A model generated the notes under the pieces. That model was not told where the DNA came from and did no database searches. It was given only the letters and a program-made list of their open reading frames with translations. From Xylella taiwanensis (GTDB lineage Bacteria > Pseudomonadota > Gammaproteobacteria > Xanthomonadales > Xanthomonadaceae): 32,000 nt of DNA. Of the stretch, positions 1 through 10,453 are shown one piece after another. Within the stretch, counting starts at the first letter, position 1. Each line of letters begins with the position of its first letter. Location of the stretch: assembly GCF_013177435.1 (NCBI RefSeq), contig NZ_CP053627.1:1560001-1592000 (forward strand), written 5' to 3'. The translations under genes were made by a program, and so were the position numbers.

Positions 1-553
1 ATGACTCTATGAAATATCAGGATGCAATCATGGAGCAAGATTCATAACTGCATCTCATCCCTTAGCGAGCCATGTTCCAAGGCATTTTCTGGCACTTCAG
101 CTTGGTTCAGAAACATTAAAAAACAGATTTTCAACCTGGACGCCTACGATTCAAGAAAAAAATCGCAACCAAATTGACTACTTGATATCACACACCAACA
201 CCACAACCAACCCAAAGGCGATCACCAAATTGACTCCCAATATCAAACACACAACACACCCAATCACTCCTGATGACAACCTCGGAAACATTTTTAACGA
301 TAATTCCATCTTCCTAAATAAAGGAACTTCTCAGATTCCTATAAGCAGTGCATCTGAGTGTGTTTGCCTGCCTTTGTTGCCTTATTTAGCCTCTGTGAAA
401 TTTCGTTGTTTTATTAGTGCCATATTTGGAGAGCATACTTGTATTCGGATCAGTGCAGTATTTTTGAATTGCCAACTCGTTCAGACCTGTCTTAAGTAAA
501 GCTGTGTATGGTAACGACCTCAAATTTAAAATCCGCAACGCTTAAGGTGACGC

Positions 554-781
554 ATGTCGATAGTCCTTTATGTCGGTGGAAGTAAAGATGGTGACAAAGG
601 TGTTGTCCCATATGGTTTCAACAAAACCCGAACAATTACTGAAACAGGGCCTGAGGTATATGTGCAACGCACGTTATCACTCGCCGAGATCGGTACCGTC
701 CGAGTGATGGCACTTGAATCTCTTCAGGAAGATATCCTGATCGAACGTGCTGCTGATCACTACGCAAGACGTGCAAGCTGA
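554..781 (+). CDS. hypothetical small protein (75 aa)
   Basis: ATG ORF with an AAGGTGA Shine-Dalgarno-like motif 3 nt upstream and an 11-bp GC hairpin starting 11 nt after the stop. No family recognised from the translation. Confidence 0.45.
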   Translation: MSIVLYVGGSKDGDKGVVPYGFNKTRTITETGPEVYVQRTLSLAEIGTVRVMALESLQEDILIERAADHYARRAS

Positions 782-791
782 ATCCACAAGC

Positions 792-827
792 GCGCCGCCC
801 ACCTCCTACTCCTATAGTGGGCGGCGC
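792..827 (+). terminator. GC-rich stem-loop after the small ORF (possible intrinsic terminator)
   Basis: Perfect inverted repeat gcgccgcccac (792-802) / gtgggcggcgc (817-827) with a 14-nt loop. No clear U-tract follows, so terminator function is uncertain. Confidence 0.4.
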
Positions 828-899
828 TGTCAACGGGTTGCACAGCTTTGCAAGGCTGCCACAATGCTGGATTCCTGACAGACGGCCATCGCCGGATTC

Positions 900-3104
900 A
901 TGCAAAACAGCCCTCTCACCCAGCAAATTGCACAGATCATTGCCGCTGAGATCTCCGCTCAGCCTAACCAGGCCCGCGCAGCCATCACCTTGATTGATGA
1001 GGGCGCAAGCGTGCCCTTCATCGCACGCTACCGTAAGGAAGCCACGGGCGGCCTAGACGACACCCAATTACGCACCCTCGAAACCCGATTAACCTACCTG
1101 CGCGAACTAGAAGAACGCCGCTCAGCAATCCTCGCCAGCATTACCGAGCAAGGAAAACTGAGCGACGTCCTACGCGCTGAGATCATCGCTGCTGACACAA
1201 AATCACGTTTGGAAGACCTGTATCTCCCATATAAACCCAAACGCCGCACTCGCGCACAGATCGCACGTGAAGCCGGCCTGGAGCCACTCGCCGACAGCCT
1301 GTTGGCTGACCCCACACTCGTTCCGGAAACCTTTGCTGCCAACTTTATCGACGCTGAAAAAGGTGTCACTGACATCAAAACCGCGCTTGAAGGCGCACGT
1401 GCAATCCTGATAGAGCGTTGGGGAGAAGATGCCGCCCTGGTCGGTGAACTGCGCGACTGGCTCATCAACAATGGCGTGATTCATGCGCGCCTCAGCGAAG
1501 GCAAGGAAGACGCTGGGGCCAAGTACAGAGACTACTTCAACCATACCGAGCTGCTCTCCAAGATTCCCTCACACCGCCTGCTGGCGTTGTTCCGCGCACG
1601 CTCCGAAGAAGTGCTGCATTTAGACCTAGATCCCGGTCATGATGTTGAAACTGGCCATCAACACTGTGAAAGTCGAGTCACACGTGCCGCAGGTGTCGCT
1701 GACCAGGGACGCCCGGCGGACACGTGGTTGATGACCGCCTGCCGCCTGACATGGCGTGCCAAACTCCACATGCATTTGACGTTAGATCTCTTCAACCAGG
1801 CACGCGAAAAAGCGGAAGCGGAAGCAATCGCAGTATTTAGCAATAACCTCAAGGATCTCCTGCTGGCCGCACCGGCCGGACCTCGCGTAGTCTTGGGCAT
1901 CGACCCAGGTATCCGCACTGGCTGCAAAATCGCTACCGTTGACACCACCGGCAAACTCATCGCCACAGAAACCATCTACCCGCACGAGCCGCGGCGCGAA
2001 TGGGACAAATCACTACACACCCTAAAGACACTCTGCACGCAACATCACGTCACGCTGATTGCAATTGGTAATGGCACTGCAAGCCGCGAGACCGACAAGC
2101 TGGTGAGTGACCTAATCAAAGCGCATCCTGCATTAAAACTGCAAAAAATCGTGGTTAGCGAAGCAGGCGCCTCCGTCTATTCGGCCTCAGAATCCGCTGC
2201 TAAGGAATTCCCCGATCTAGACGTATCGTTGCGCGGTGCCGTCTCGATCGCACGCCGGCTCCAGGATCCTCTGGCCGAACTGGTCAAAATCGAGCCCAAA
2301 GCAATCGGAGTCGGCCAATACCAGCATGACGTCGACCAATTCCACCTCGCTAAAGCGCTGGACTCACGTGTAGAAGACTGCGTGAACGCCGTTGGAGTGT
2401 ATGTCAACACAGCATCCGCTGCACTGTTGTCGCGCGTATCTGGCTTGTCTGCGGCCGTCGCTGAAAACATCATTCGCTATCGCGATGAACACGGATCGTT
2501 CAAACAACGCCAAGACCTATTGAAAGTACCAAGACTGGGCACAAAAACCTTTGAGCAATGCGCCGGCTTCCTGCGTATCGCTGACGGCAAAGAACCTCTG
2601 GACGCCTCTGCAGTACATCCAGAAGCCTACCCGGTCGTCGAACGCATCGTGCAAGCAACAGGCAAGCCGATCAAAACATTGATTGGCGATAGCCGCACCT
2701 TGCGCGTGCTCAAACCAGAACAATTCACTGACGCGAGTTTCGGAATACCGACCATACGCGACATCATCAAAGAACTGGAAAAACCAGGCCGCGACCCACG
2801 TCCGGAATTTAAAGCTGCGCAATTTACTGAAGGCGTAGAAAACATCAAAGACCTCAAGCCCGGCATGATCCTCGAAGGAGTCGTTAGTAACGTGGCCGCA
2901 TTTGGTGCCTTCGTCGATATCGGGGTACACCAAGACGGATTAATTCACATCTCAGCGCTGTCGGACCGCTTCGTCAAAGACCCGCGTGACGTTGTCAAAG
3001 CGGGCGACATTGTCAAAGTCAAAGTCTTAGACATTGATGTGCCGCGCAAACGTATCGCACTGACGTGCCGCCTACATGAAGACCCCCCCCTCACCAGCCA
3101 ATAA
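900..3104 (+). CDS. tex: Tex-like transcription accessory protein (YqgF/RuvC-like, HhH and C-terminal S1 domains)
   Basis: 734-aa ORF. N-terminal [17 protein letters not shown], central [11 protein letters not shown] (YqgF-like) and C-terminal S1 block [33 protein letters not shown] match the Tex family as I recall it. Confidence 0.93.
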   Translation: MQNSPLTQQIAQIIAAEISAQPNQARAAITLIDEGASVPFIARYRKEATGGLDDTQLRTLETRLTYLRELEERRSAILASITEQGKLSDVLRAEIIAADTKSRLEDLYLPYKPKRRTRAQIAREAGLEPLADSLLADPTLVPETFAANFIDAEKGVTDIKTALEGARAILIERWGEDAALVGELRDWLINNGVIHARLSEGKEDAGAKYRDYFNHTELLSKIPSHRLLALFRARSEEVLHLDLDPGHDVETGHQHCESRVTRAAGVADQGRPADTWLMTACRLTWRAKLHMHLTLDLFNQAREKAEAEAIAVFSNNLKDLLLAAPAGPRVVLGIDPGIRTGCKIATVDTTGKLIATETIYPHEPRREWDKSLHTLKTLCTQHHVTLIAIGNGTASRETDKLVSDLIKAHPALKLQKIVVSEAGASVYSASESAAKEFPDLDVSLRGAVSIARRLQDPLAELVKIEPKAIGVGQYQHDVDQFHLAKALDSRVEDCVNAVGVYVNTASAALLSRVSGLSAAVAENIIRYRDEHGSFKQRQDLLKVPRLGTKTFEQCAGFLRIADGKEPLDASAVHPEAYPVVERIVQATGKPIKTLIGDSRTLRVLKPEQFTDASFGIPTIRDIIKELEKPGRDPRPEFKAAQFTEGVENIKDLKPGMILEGVVSNVAAFGAFVDIGVHQDGLIHISALSDRFVKDPRDVVKAGDIVKVKVLDIDVPRKRIALTCRLHEDPPLTSQ

Positions 3105-3699
3105 GGCTGGTCATGAACATGACACACGCAACAGCCCAGGTCCCATCGCCAGGAAAGTCAAATCCCCTCCTCCCCCAACCGATAACACACTCGCACAAGC
3201 CTTCGCACGTGCACGACTCAAATGAATGCCCCCAGGAGGGGCTCCGTTCCGGACACATTGGTCAGAATGCGCTGCCAACCGCTTACTCAGCTGCGTCGAT
3301 ATCGCCTTCTCACACTTTGAAGCACCTGAGTACCTGCCTAACACGTGTGACGCACATTGAAATCGGGCAAGGATGATTTCGCGTCCCATCTTTCCAACCG
3401 CCGTGTCCGATACGACATGAGCTATGGATTCAGGCAACACGATTCAATGGCCAACACACACCACACAGGAAGAAAGAACCATGCTGAAAGTGACAAGCTT
3501 ATCAAAGCGCCCCAGCACCTCATACTACAGTTACGTCACCGAAAGACTGCTTCCGACAATGAACACACCATACTCGGATACGCTGGCAAGCCTGCCTATC
3601 TCCCTTTGCATCCTCCTGATATCCAACCTTGCAACACTGATAAACATACTAAACAACCAACATCATCCGGAATGTAGCATCGCCCTTCACGAATACACA

Positions 3700-3950
3700 C
3701 ACGGGATGAGCTGATATCTGATTTCGCTGAGACGATTCGGCGCAATGCCGGATTTCAAGGCTAGTGCAGAGACCAATCCAACATTAACAATGTCCTTTCG
3801 ATGCGGCCAATTTCCCGCAGTACTTTTGCCAACCCGTTCTGCTTTAGATAACTGACTCACTTTTTCAACATGAGTGATGCGGTAACTATACCCTGCTTGA
3901 TGGATGTGGCCAGACGCAGTAAGTCATTTCAGTGGGGATCTATTTTTTCA
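3700..3950 (-). mobile_element. Tn3-family transposase (TnpA) C-terminal fragment, inactivated
   Basis: Minus-strand translation reads [69 protein letters not shown]. This matches the conserved Tn3-family block ([54 protein letters not shown]...ELRRRV) as I recall it. There are at least four in-frame stops, one at the conserved Trp (TGG to TGA). Homology is lost on both sides, so the ends are approximate. Confidence 0.65.
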
Positions 3951-4171
3951 GGTTGAGACCCGTTGTGTAAATGAGCGCCTGATGGAAAGACTAAGATTAA
4001 TACTATCAATAAGAATGGTTGTAAGAAAAAGTCGAATGCTCGAGTGAACCAGGTAATTTTTAAGACAATTGAAATACTTAGTAAACCAAGTATTTCCATC
4101 ATTACAGGAGGCGGCAGTACATTCCATCATCTTTTCTAAAAAAAGAAATTTTTTGTAGTGTCATTCAAGAA

Positions 4172-4619
4172 TTAACCAGTGATGCAACGCGTTGGGGTTG
4201 GCGGCCCCATGCCATACATGCTGACGGTAGCAATCTGCTTCATGCGTGGATCGATTTTCGCTGCGCTGATAGCAAAGCTACCACTGCCACAAAATACCGA
4301 GCAGACCAATACGATGACGGTCGACATCTGAACGTGTACCCAGATAATTCACTGCCGCACTGAAATCTTCCGCATAGATATCCGGAGAGACGGCGTTACG
4401 CGATTAACCCTCGCTTTCGCCCCAGAAAGAGAGATCAATAGCCAGTGTCACAAAGCCTTGTTCCGTGAGCCTATAGGCATATAAATCCGAGCTTTGTTCT
4501 TTGAGCGCCCCCATTGGATGGCCAAAGATAATCGCCTGTTTTTTTACATTCTGACTCATATCTTTAGGCATAAAAAGATGAGCAGTGACATTCATGTGAT
4601 ACTGACTTTTAAAGCTCAC
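4172..4619 (-). pseudogene. alpha/beta hydrolase (dienelactone-hydrolase-like family) pseudogene
   Basis: The 71-aa ORF 4404..4619 (FKSQYHMNVTAHLFMPKD...IIFGHPMGALKEQSSDLYAYRLTEQGFVTLAIDLSFWGESEG) ends at an in-frame TAA at 4404-4406. The same frame continues SRNAVSPDIYAEDFSAAVNYLGTRSDVDRHRIGLLGI. A 1-nt frameshift near 4285-4295 is then needed to read the nucleophile-elbow region CGSGSFAISAAKIDPRMKQIATVSMYGMG. The C-terminal third of the family is missing. Confidence 0.7.
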
Positions 4620-4763
4620 TTTTTCTTAGTGACCTTTTACTTTTTTAAAAATTATCTGTTACGTTAAACATATCGACTGCTGTTACAGCAGCAGAAAACA
4701 AGCTCATTAACAACCAAAACAACATATTAAATGCTCTCATTGAAGCACCCTAAGCGAGTTTAA

Positions 4764-5948
4764 TTAGATATCTTTACGTGATGTCAATAAAACCAAGAAA
4801 GCAGCCATCACCAATAAAACGCCGCTGATGATGAAGGTGCTTTGATAACCACTGTGGTCAAACGCTAAGCCACCGACTGTGGAACCCAAGGCGATCGACA
4901 ATTGCACTACAGCAACCATCAGGCCACCACCTTGCTCAGCATCATCAGGCATGGTTCTGGTGATCCAGATCCACCATCCGATAGGGGCTGCCGTTGCGAT
5001 ACATCCCCAAGAGCCGAGCAAAGGTACGACAACCCAGACGTTGCGACCAAATACAATCAACGCCACAGCAATCGCGGCCATGAGCAAAGGAATCGCTATC
5101 AACGTAGGGTAAAAACCAGATTTCAGAAACGTGCCAATAAACAATGTACCAATAAATCCCATCAGACCAATCGTTAGCAAAATGAAAGACAGCACACTGA
5201 TATGCACCTGCGTGATCGTTTCCAGGAATGGACGCAGGTAGGTAAACAAAGAAAACTGACCCATAAAGAACAATCCGCAAGCCGCCAAACCAACCAACAC
5301 AAGTGGGTTAGCGAAAAGGCGAAAAACAGTGCCAGTACGTTTATCGCTTTTACTCACTGTCATTGCTGGCAAACTGAACCACTGCCAGATGGAAGCAATC
5401 ACCGCAACTGGAACGAGGCAAAAGCATGCGCCACGCCAGCCGATCACCGCACCCAGATAACTGCCTAGCGGTGGAGCAACAACGGTTGCCAAAGCATTAC
5501 CGCCATTAAAAATGGCCAGTGCGCGAGGAACCTGATGTTGAGGAACCAAGCAAATGGCAGTGGCAGCAGACAGCGACCAGAATCCCCCGATAGAAACGCC
5601 GATCAGGGCACGTCCCGCCATATAGATCAGATAACTGGATGCCAACGCCATGACAATTCCGGAAAGTGCCATCAACGTGGTGATACTCAATAGCAAAATC
5701 TTACGATTGAGATTCCCGGCAAGCGTAGAGATAGAGAGACTCGTCAGTACTGCAAACACCCCAGACATCGTGATCCCCTGCCCTGCTAGACCTTCACTGA
5801 TGCCTAAATCCATAGATAGGGGCGTAAGCAGGCTAACAGGCATAAATTCCGAAGCAACTAACGCAAAGACGCACAGCGTCATGGCGAATACACCACTCCA
5901 GTACACTTGATCTTTGTGGTGTGATGCGTCTCTCCGCAGAGTGAACAT
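4764..5948 (-). CDS. MFS transporter (DHA1-like efflux/permease family)
   Basis: 394-aa ORF, hydrophobic throughout with about 12 predicted helices. The conserved loop GNLNRKILLL after TM2 is typical of MFS motif A. Divergently paired with a LysR regulator. Confidence 0.9.
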   Translation of the reverse strand: MFTLRRDASHHKDQVYWSGVFAMTLCVFALVASEFMPVSLLTPLSMDLGISEGLAGQGITMSGVFAVLTSLSISTLAGNLNRKILLLSITTLMALSGIVMALASSYLIYMAGRALIGVSIGGFWSLSAATAICLVPQHQVPRALAIFNGGNALATVVAPPLGSYLGAVIGWRGACFCLVPVAVIASIWQWFSLPAMTVSKSDKRTGTVFRLFANPLVLVGLAACGLFFMGQFSLFTYLRPFLETITQVHISVLSFILLTIGLMGFIGTLFIGTFLKSGFYPTLIAIPLLMAAIAVALIVFGRNVWVVVPLLGSWGCIATAAPIGWWIWITRTMPDDAEQGGGLMVAVVQLSIALGSTVGGLAFDHSGYQSTFIISGVLLVMAAFLVLLTSRKDI

Positions 5949-6164
5949 AAATACTTATCTCCGAATAAACCCCAGACCGTTTTCAAGCAAATCGGAAGCA
6001 GGCGTTATTTCTAGAAATAACGTCAAAAAGATTAATCATGTAGTAAACATAAAGGCAACAGCACTTAACGTGCCGAAATTTTACACATCCAGCATACATT
6101 TAATAACTAATGAATACTTAATTTTATTATAAGCTTTACTTATTAATATCAAGACGAATACCTG

Positions 6165-7052
6165 ATGAAACGTAACCTTAACGATCTTTTTTATTTTGTC
6201 ATGGTCGCACGTCAAGGCAGTTTTACCCGAGCAGCCGCTCACCTGAACGTGACTCAGTCTGCTCTCAGCCAAGCGATTTCGGCTCTGGAAGAACGTATGC
6301 ACATTCGTCTGCTAACACGTACGACCCGTCGCGTGTCACTGACTGGCGCTGGAGAACGGCTCTTACAAGCGATCGGCACTCGAATTGATGAGATAGAAGC
6401 CGAGTTGAATACATTGACCGAACTACGCGATAAACCTGCAGGTACGGTACGTATCACCTGTGGGCCGCATATTCTGAAGACTACGCTGCTTCCAAAGCTG
6501 ACACCGCTTTTGCGTCAGTACCCGGATATTAATATTGAATTCGACGCAAATCATGGTTTGCGTGACATTGTGGCAGACCGTTTTGATGCTGGTGTGCGAC
6601 TTGGAGACACTATTGATAAAGATATGATTGCCGTGCCTATCGGACCAAAATTACGTATGGCGGCGGTGGCATCACCGAATTATTTTGCGCGTCATTCAAT
6701 CCCGCAAATACCGCATGAACTGACACAACACCAGTGTATTAATCTACGAATGATCAGGTCTGGCGAACTGTATATCTTGGATTTTGATCAGGGTGGTGGC
6801 AATTTGAATGTACGCGTTAACGGGCAGCTCACGTTCAACACATCTGAACACGTTATCGATGCTGCACTGGCGGGGTTTGGAATCGCCTTTTTGCCCGAAG
6901 AAGAGTTTGGTACGCATATTGAAACAGGTCATCTGATTCGAATGTTGGAACCATGGTGCCATCCATTTCCAGGCTATTCGCTGTATTACCCGAGTCGTAA
7001 ACATCCCTCTCCAGCATTTTCGCTGATAGTAGAAGCACTGCGGTTAAGTTAG
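6165..7052 (+). CDS. LysR-family transcriptional regulator
   Basis: 295-aa ORF with N-terminal winged-HTH LNDLFYFVMVARQGSFTRAAAHLNVTQSALSQAISALEERM and a LysR substrate-binding domain. Divergent from the MFS gene. Confidence 0.92.
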   Translation: MKRNLNDLFYFVMVARQGSFTRAAAHLNVTQSALSQAISALEERMHIRLLTRTTRRVSLTGAGERLLQAIGTRIDEIEAELNTLTELRDKPAGTVRITCGPHILKTTLLPKLTPLLRQYPDINIEFDANHGLRDIVADRFDAGVRLGDTIDKDMIAVPIGPKLRMAAVASPNYFARHSIPQIPHELTQHQCINLRMIRSGELYILDFDQGGGNLNVRVNGQLTFNTSEHVIDAALAGFGIAFLPEEEFGTHIETGHLIRMLEPWCHPFPGYSLYYPSRKHPSPAFSLIVEALRLS

Positions 7053-7645
7053 GACACATAGACCAAGAATAAAAATATAGCTTTTTACTCTAAACGCTGA
7101 TAACTCGAAAACTCATGAAATAAGCTAAACGTACAATCATTTCAGTTTTACAAGCTGCTCTCCGGATTGTTCCCATCCGATCGCTTGATCATCCATGATG
7201 CCTATGAAGGTCATCAAACACACTCATTGACGTTAGATATCTTTCAATGCAATCGAGATCTCTCCATCTCAGACGTGTTAACACGTCCTAAACCACTACA
7301 ACGATTCCCATGCAACGCCAACCTGATCCAGGCCGAACGACGCCAAGCATGATTCAACAGCACATGCAACTTGTTGCACATCATCGTCAGCCCTCCCACG
7401 GCGCATCGCAGTCCACTCGAAACAGCAATGAGCCAATACATCAACAGCAGACGTTGTTACCGTGTGTCCGCTGTCGGAACCGGCCACCATCATGGCGCCG
7501 CCCATCACAATAATTAAACTTGACTCAGCGGCATCTGATTTTTTCCACTGAGACGTTTTCTTAAGTACTGGATAACCAAACAGCATGATGCCAACGACAT
7601 CACGACGATTTGTCAGCAGCATAGTGCCGGACTTACTCCATTTGT

Positions 7646-9751
7646 TTGCACACATTGACCACTGCCCCCGAGTTCTCCATGCAAGACCAGATCATTGATG
7701 CCCTGCATCGTCAGGCACACACCGAAGCACTGACCCTGGCCCGCGCCTGGTGCGCATCTGCACCCGGTGAGGCGCAACCGCAACGCTGGCTGGCAGCGGC
7801 CCTGCAACAACATGGCGAGCACGAAGCGGCACTGGCTGCCAGCGAAGCCGCACTGGCACTAGCCCCCGAACTACCGGAACTACATCTGCAACACGGTCTC
7901 CTGTTAATCGCCCAACACGACCTCTCCGGCGCCGACGTAGCACTGTCTCGCAGTACCCGCTTAGATCCCAACCAGTTCAGCACTTATGTCATGCAAGCAC
8001 ACTTGGCAATCGCACGCGGCGCCCTGGACGAAGCCGAGCAACTCAGCCGCACTGCCGCACGCGTGATGCCGGATCACCCGCAACTGCTGGCCGTGAACGC
8101 CACCATCGCGCTGCATCGCGGGCAAAGCGACCAGGCACTGGCCATGCTCTCGCAAGCCGCCGAGCGGCTGCCTGATGAACCAGCGGTACTGTTCTCGCTT
8201 GGCTTCGCCTACCTTCAAAAAGGTCATATTGCGTTCGCCGAGCGCGCGTTTCAGCGTGTCATCGAACTCAACCCGCAGGTCATCCCGGTACGGACTCTTA
8301 TCGCCCAACTGGCACAACGCCAAGGCCGACTCAATGACGCACTGACCATCCTGGAAGAAACACTGTCCTTACCTGGAGGCGACACCCCAGCGTTACGCCG
8401 GTTGGCTGGTGAATTTGAACTGCTGGCCGGACACCCGGATCGGGCACTCACACACCTGCGCCAGGTACTGACAACCTGGCCGGCAGACCGGCGTACCCTA
8501 GAAGCACTGCTGACTGCCTGGAAGCAATTGGATACAGACGATGACGCCCGCGTCACCCTGGACGCAGCGTTAGAGACCGCACCACACGCCCATGATCTAT
8601 GGCTGGCACGCCTGGCCGTAGCACCCATCGGAAGCGAGGAAGCACGCACCGTGATCGAACGGTGGCTATTGGCCATGCCGGAGCATCTTCCAGCATTGGA
8701 AGCACTGATGGGCTTGCACGACATACAAAACGAACCTGAAGCCGCCGAGACCGTGGCACGGCAAATCGTGGCCATCGAGCCAGGCCGGCTCAGCGGCGAA
8801 CAGCGGATTGTGGAAGCGCTGCTGCAACGCGACCCACCAGCCGCGGTCGCTTGTTTGCAACAACTCATCGAGAGCGTGCCCGAACATGAACGCACCGTAC
8901 TACGACCGTGGCTGGGGCTCGTCCAAGATCGTGCCGGCCAGTTTGAGGCAGCGCTGGCAACCTGGCTGCAGTTCCAAGCCGAACAAGCTCAATACCGACT
9001 GCCACTGCCGCCACAAACCTGGCCCAACCCACGGCAATGGCCCGACTTGGCCGCAATCCCCGATGAAATAACGGCACGCCCACTGCTGATATGGGGGCCT
9101 CCCGGCAGCCACGTCGAGCGCGTCACCATGATGATGGCCTGGGCCAGCAGCATGCTGTGTACTGATCGCTATAGCGAGACACCGCCACCAGATCCACTGC
9201 AACGCTACGAAACGGTGTCCGAACTGGCATCCGGCACATTAGCACCGCAGGCCTTGGTCGATGCATGGCGGCAACACCTACCGGCACGCGGCATCGAAGA
9301 CGGCAACGTAATCGATTGGTTGCTCTGGTGGGATAACAGCCTGTTATCGGCATTGCGTCCCCACTTACCGGAAGGTCGGCTGACCATTGTGCTGCGCGAT
9401 CCGCGTGACATGCTGCTGGATTGGATCGCCTACGGCTCACCAATACCGCTTGCGTTGGAGTCACTGCAACAAGCGGCAAACTGGCTGGGAGACATCCTGA
9501 ATCAAATCGCTACCCTGCACGAACTTGACCTGTATCCACACCACCTCATCCGCCTGGATGGGATCGAAGACAATCCACCGGCACTGGCCGCCACCCTGGA
9601 AGAGATCTTCGGCTATCCGTTTCCAGTACCACCATCGCTGGAGGCGCCACGCTTGGCCGCTGGCCGCTGGCGTGACTACCAAGAAACACTCAGAAACGCA
9701 TTCGACGCGCTTATGTTGGCCGCCATGCGGCTGGGTTATCCCATTGACTAA
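7646..9751 (+). CDS. TPR-repeat protein with C-terminal sulfotransferase-like domain
   Basis: 701-aa ORF. The N-terminal ~450 aa are Ala/Leu-rich TPR-like repeats. The C-terminal ~220 aa carry LLIWGPPGSHVERV (in the position of the PAPS 5'-phosphosulfate loop) and IVLRDPRDMLLDWI (a 3'-phosphate-binding-type RDPRD motif). The start could instead be the ATG at 7676 (MQDQIID). Confidence 0.8.
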   Translation: MHTLTTAPEFSMQDQIIDALHRQAHTEALTLARAWCASAPGEAQPQRWLAAALQQHGEHEAALAASEAALALAPELPELHLQHGLLLIAQHDLSGADVALSRSTRLDPNQFSTYVMQAHLAIARGALDEAEQLSRTAARVMPDHPQLLAVNATIALHRGQSDQALAMLSQAAERLPDEPAVLFSLGFAYLQKGHIAFAERAFQRVIELNPQVIPVRTLIAQLAQRQGRLNDALTILEETLSLPGGDTPALRRLAGEFELLAGHPDRALTHLRQVLTTWPADRRTLEALLTAWKQLDTDDDARVTLDAALETAPHAHDLWLARLAVAPIGSEEARTVIERWLLAMPEHLPALEALMGLHDIQNEPEAAETVARQIVAIEPGRLSGEQRIVEALLQRDPPAAVACLQQLIESVPEHERTVLRPWLGLVQDRAGQFEAALATWLQFQAEQAQYRLPLPPQTWPNPRQWPDLAAIPDEITARPLLIWGPPGSHVERVTMMMAWASSMLCTDRYSETPPPDPLQRYETVSELASGTLAPQALVDAWRQHLPARGIEDGNVIDWLLWWDNSLLSALRPHLPEGRLTIVLRDPRDMLLDWIAYGSPIPLALESLQQAANWLGDILNQIATLHELDLYPHHLIRLDGIEDNPPALAATLEEIFGYPFPVPPSLEAPRLAAGRWRDYQETLRNAFDALMLAAMRLGYPID

Positions 9752-9838
9752 AAACCTCACCGCAAGTTCTAAGATGTGATCTCTATCCTCCCCCAGCTTC
9801 CCAAACGGACCATCTAGCACTTACTCCGGAGACATTCC

Positions 9839-10453
9839 ATGCGCTTAATGAGTGACGACTTCAAAAACGGCCAACCGATCCCGCTCGAATACGCGGCTAG
9901 CAAAGCGGACAGCTTCGCCCCCAACCGTAACCCGCACCTGACGTGGGACGATGTGCCAGGAAACACCCGTTCTTTCGCCCTGCTGTGCGTGGACCCAGAC
10001 GCACCGAGCATTCCAGAGACTGTCGGTCGTACCGATCTGGATATCCCGGTGACACAACCACGTACCGACTTCGTACATTGGGTCATGGCTGACCTACCTG
10101 CCGCCCTGCGGGTGATCGCCTCCGGTAGTTGCAGCGATGGCTTTGTGGTACGCGGCAAACCCACGCCGCCTGGTCCGGCAGGCACACGCCAGGGATTGAA
10201 CGACTACACGCACTGGTTTGCCAACAACCCGGAGATGAGCGGTGACTATTACGGCTATGACGGCCCGTATCCACCGTTCAACGACCTGCGTGTACACCGC
10301 TACTTCTTCCGTCTGTTCGCACTTGACCTGGAACGCTTGCCTCTTCCCGAGCGCTTTGACGGTCCCGCACTCCTACGCGCGATCCAGGGTCATGTATTGA
10401 CCGAAGCCGCGCTGTACGGCACCTACACTCTCAATCCCAAGGCTCAAAGATGA
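9839..10453 (+). CDS. YbhB/YbcL-family phosphatidylethanolamine-binding (Raf kinase inhibitor-like) protein
   Basis: 204-aa ORF with the PEBP signatures LLCVDPDAPS and GYDGPYPP...HRYFFRLFALD. Confidence 0.88.
   Translation: MRLMSDDFKNGQPIPLEYAASKADSFAPNRNPHLTWDDVPGNTRSFALLCVDPDAPSIPETVGRTDLDIPVTQPRTDFVHWVMADLPAALRVIASGSCSDGFVVRGKPTPPGPAGTRQGLNDYTHWFANNPEMSGDYYGYDGPYPPFNDLRVHRYFFRLFALDLERLPLPERFDGPALLRAIQGHVLTEAALYGTYTLNPKAQR

Noticed and set aside
182-499. 105-aa plus-strand ORF at the left edge
   Set aside because: The first half is a Thr/Asn/Pro/His-rich compositional artefact of A+C-rich DNA. There is no RBS and no family resemblance.
3948-4130. 60-aa minus-strand ORF upstream of the Tn3 tnpA fragment
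   Set aside because: It is in a different frame from the recognisable TnpA block, AT-rich, and only weakly reminiscent of transposase sequence. I treat it as part of the decayed element rather than a gene.
4645-4740. 31-codon minus-strand ORF (MRAFNMLFWLLMSLFSAAVTAVDMFNVTDNF) between the MFS gene and the hydrolase pseudogene
   Set aside because: It looks like an isolated signal-peptide-like fragment with no mature domain and no convincing RBS. It is probably a remnant or chance ORF in AT-rich DNA.
6129-6143. Dyad ATAAG-N5-CTTAT (T-N11-A type LysR box candidate) in the MFS/LysR intergenic region
   Set aside because: It lies only ~22 nt upstream of the LysR start codon in very AT-rich DNA, where such short dyads arise by chance. 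It cannot be told apart from background without binding data.
7296-7655. 119-aa minus-strand ORF between the LysR gene and the TPR gene, with a segment SSLIIVMGGAMMVAGSDSGHTVTT vaguely reminiscent of enzyme active-site loops
   Set aside because: I could not match it to any family with confidence. It overlaps the TPR gene start and lies in skewed, probably non-coding DNA. It may be a gene remnant, but I cannot support that.
8251-8895. 214-aa minus-strand ORF inside the TPR gene, with similar shadow ORFs at 17477-18136 in leuS and 24478-25086 in rlpA
   Set aside because: These are shadow ORFs opposite well-supported genes. Their Ser/Arg/Ala-rich composition is typical of antisense frames in GC-rich coding DNA.
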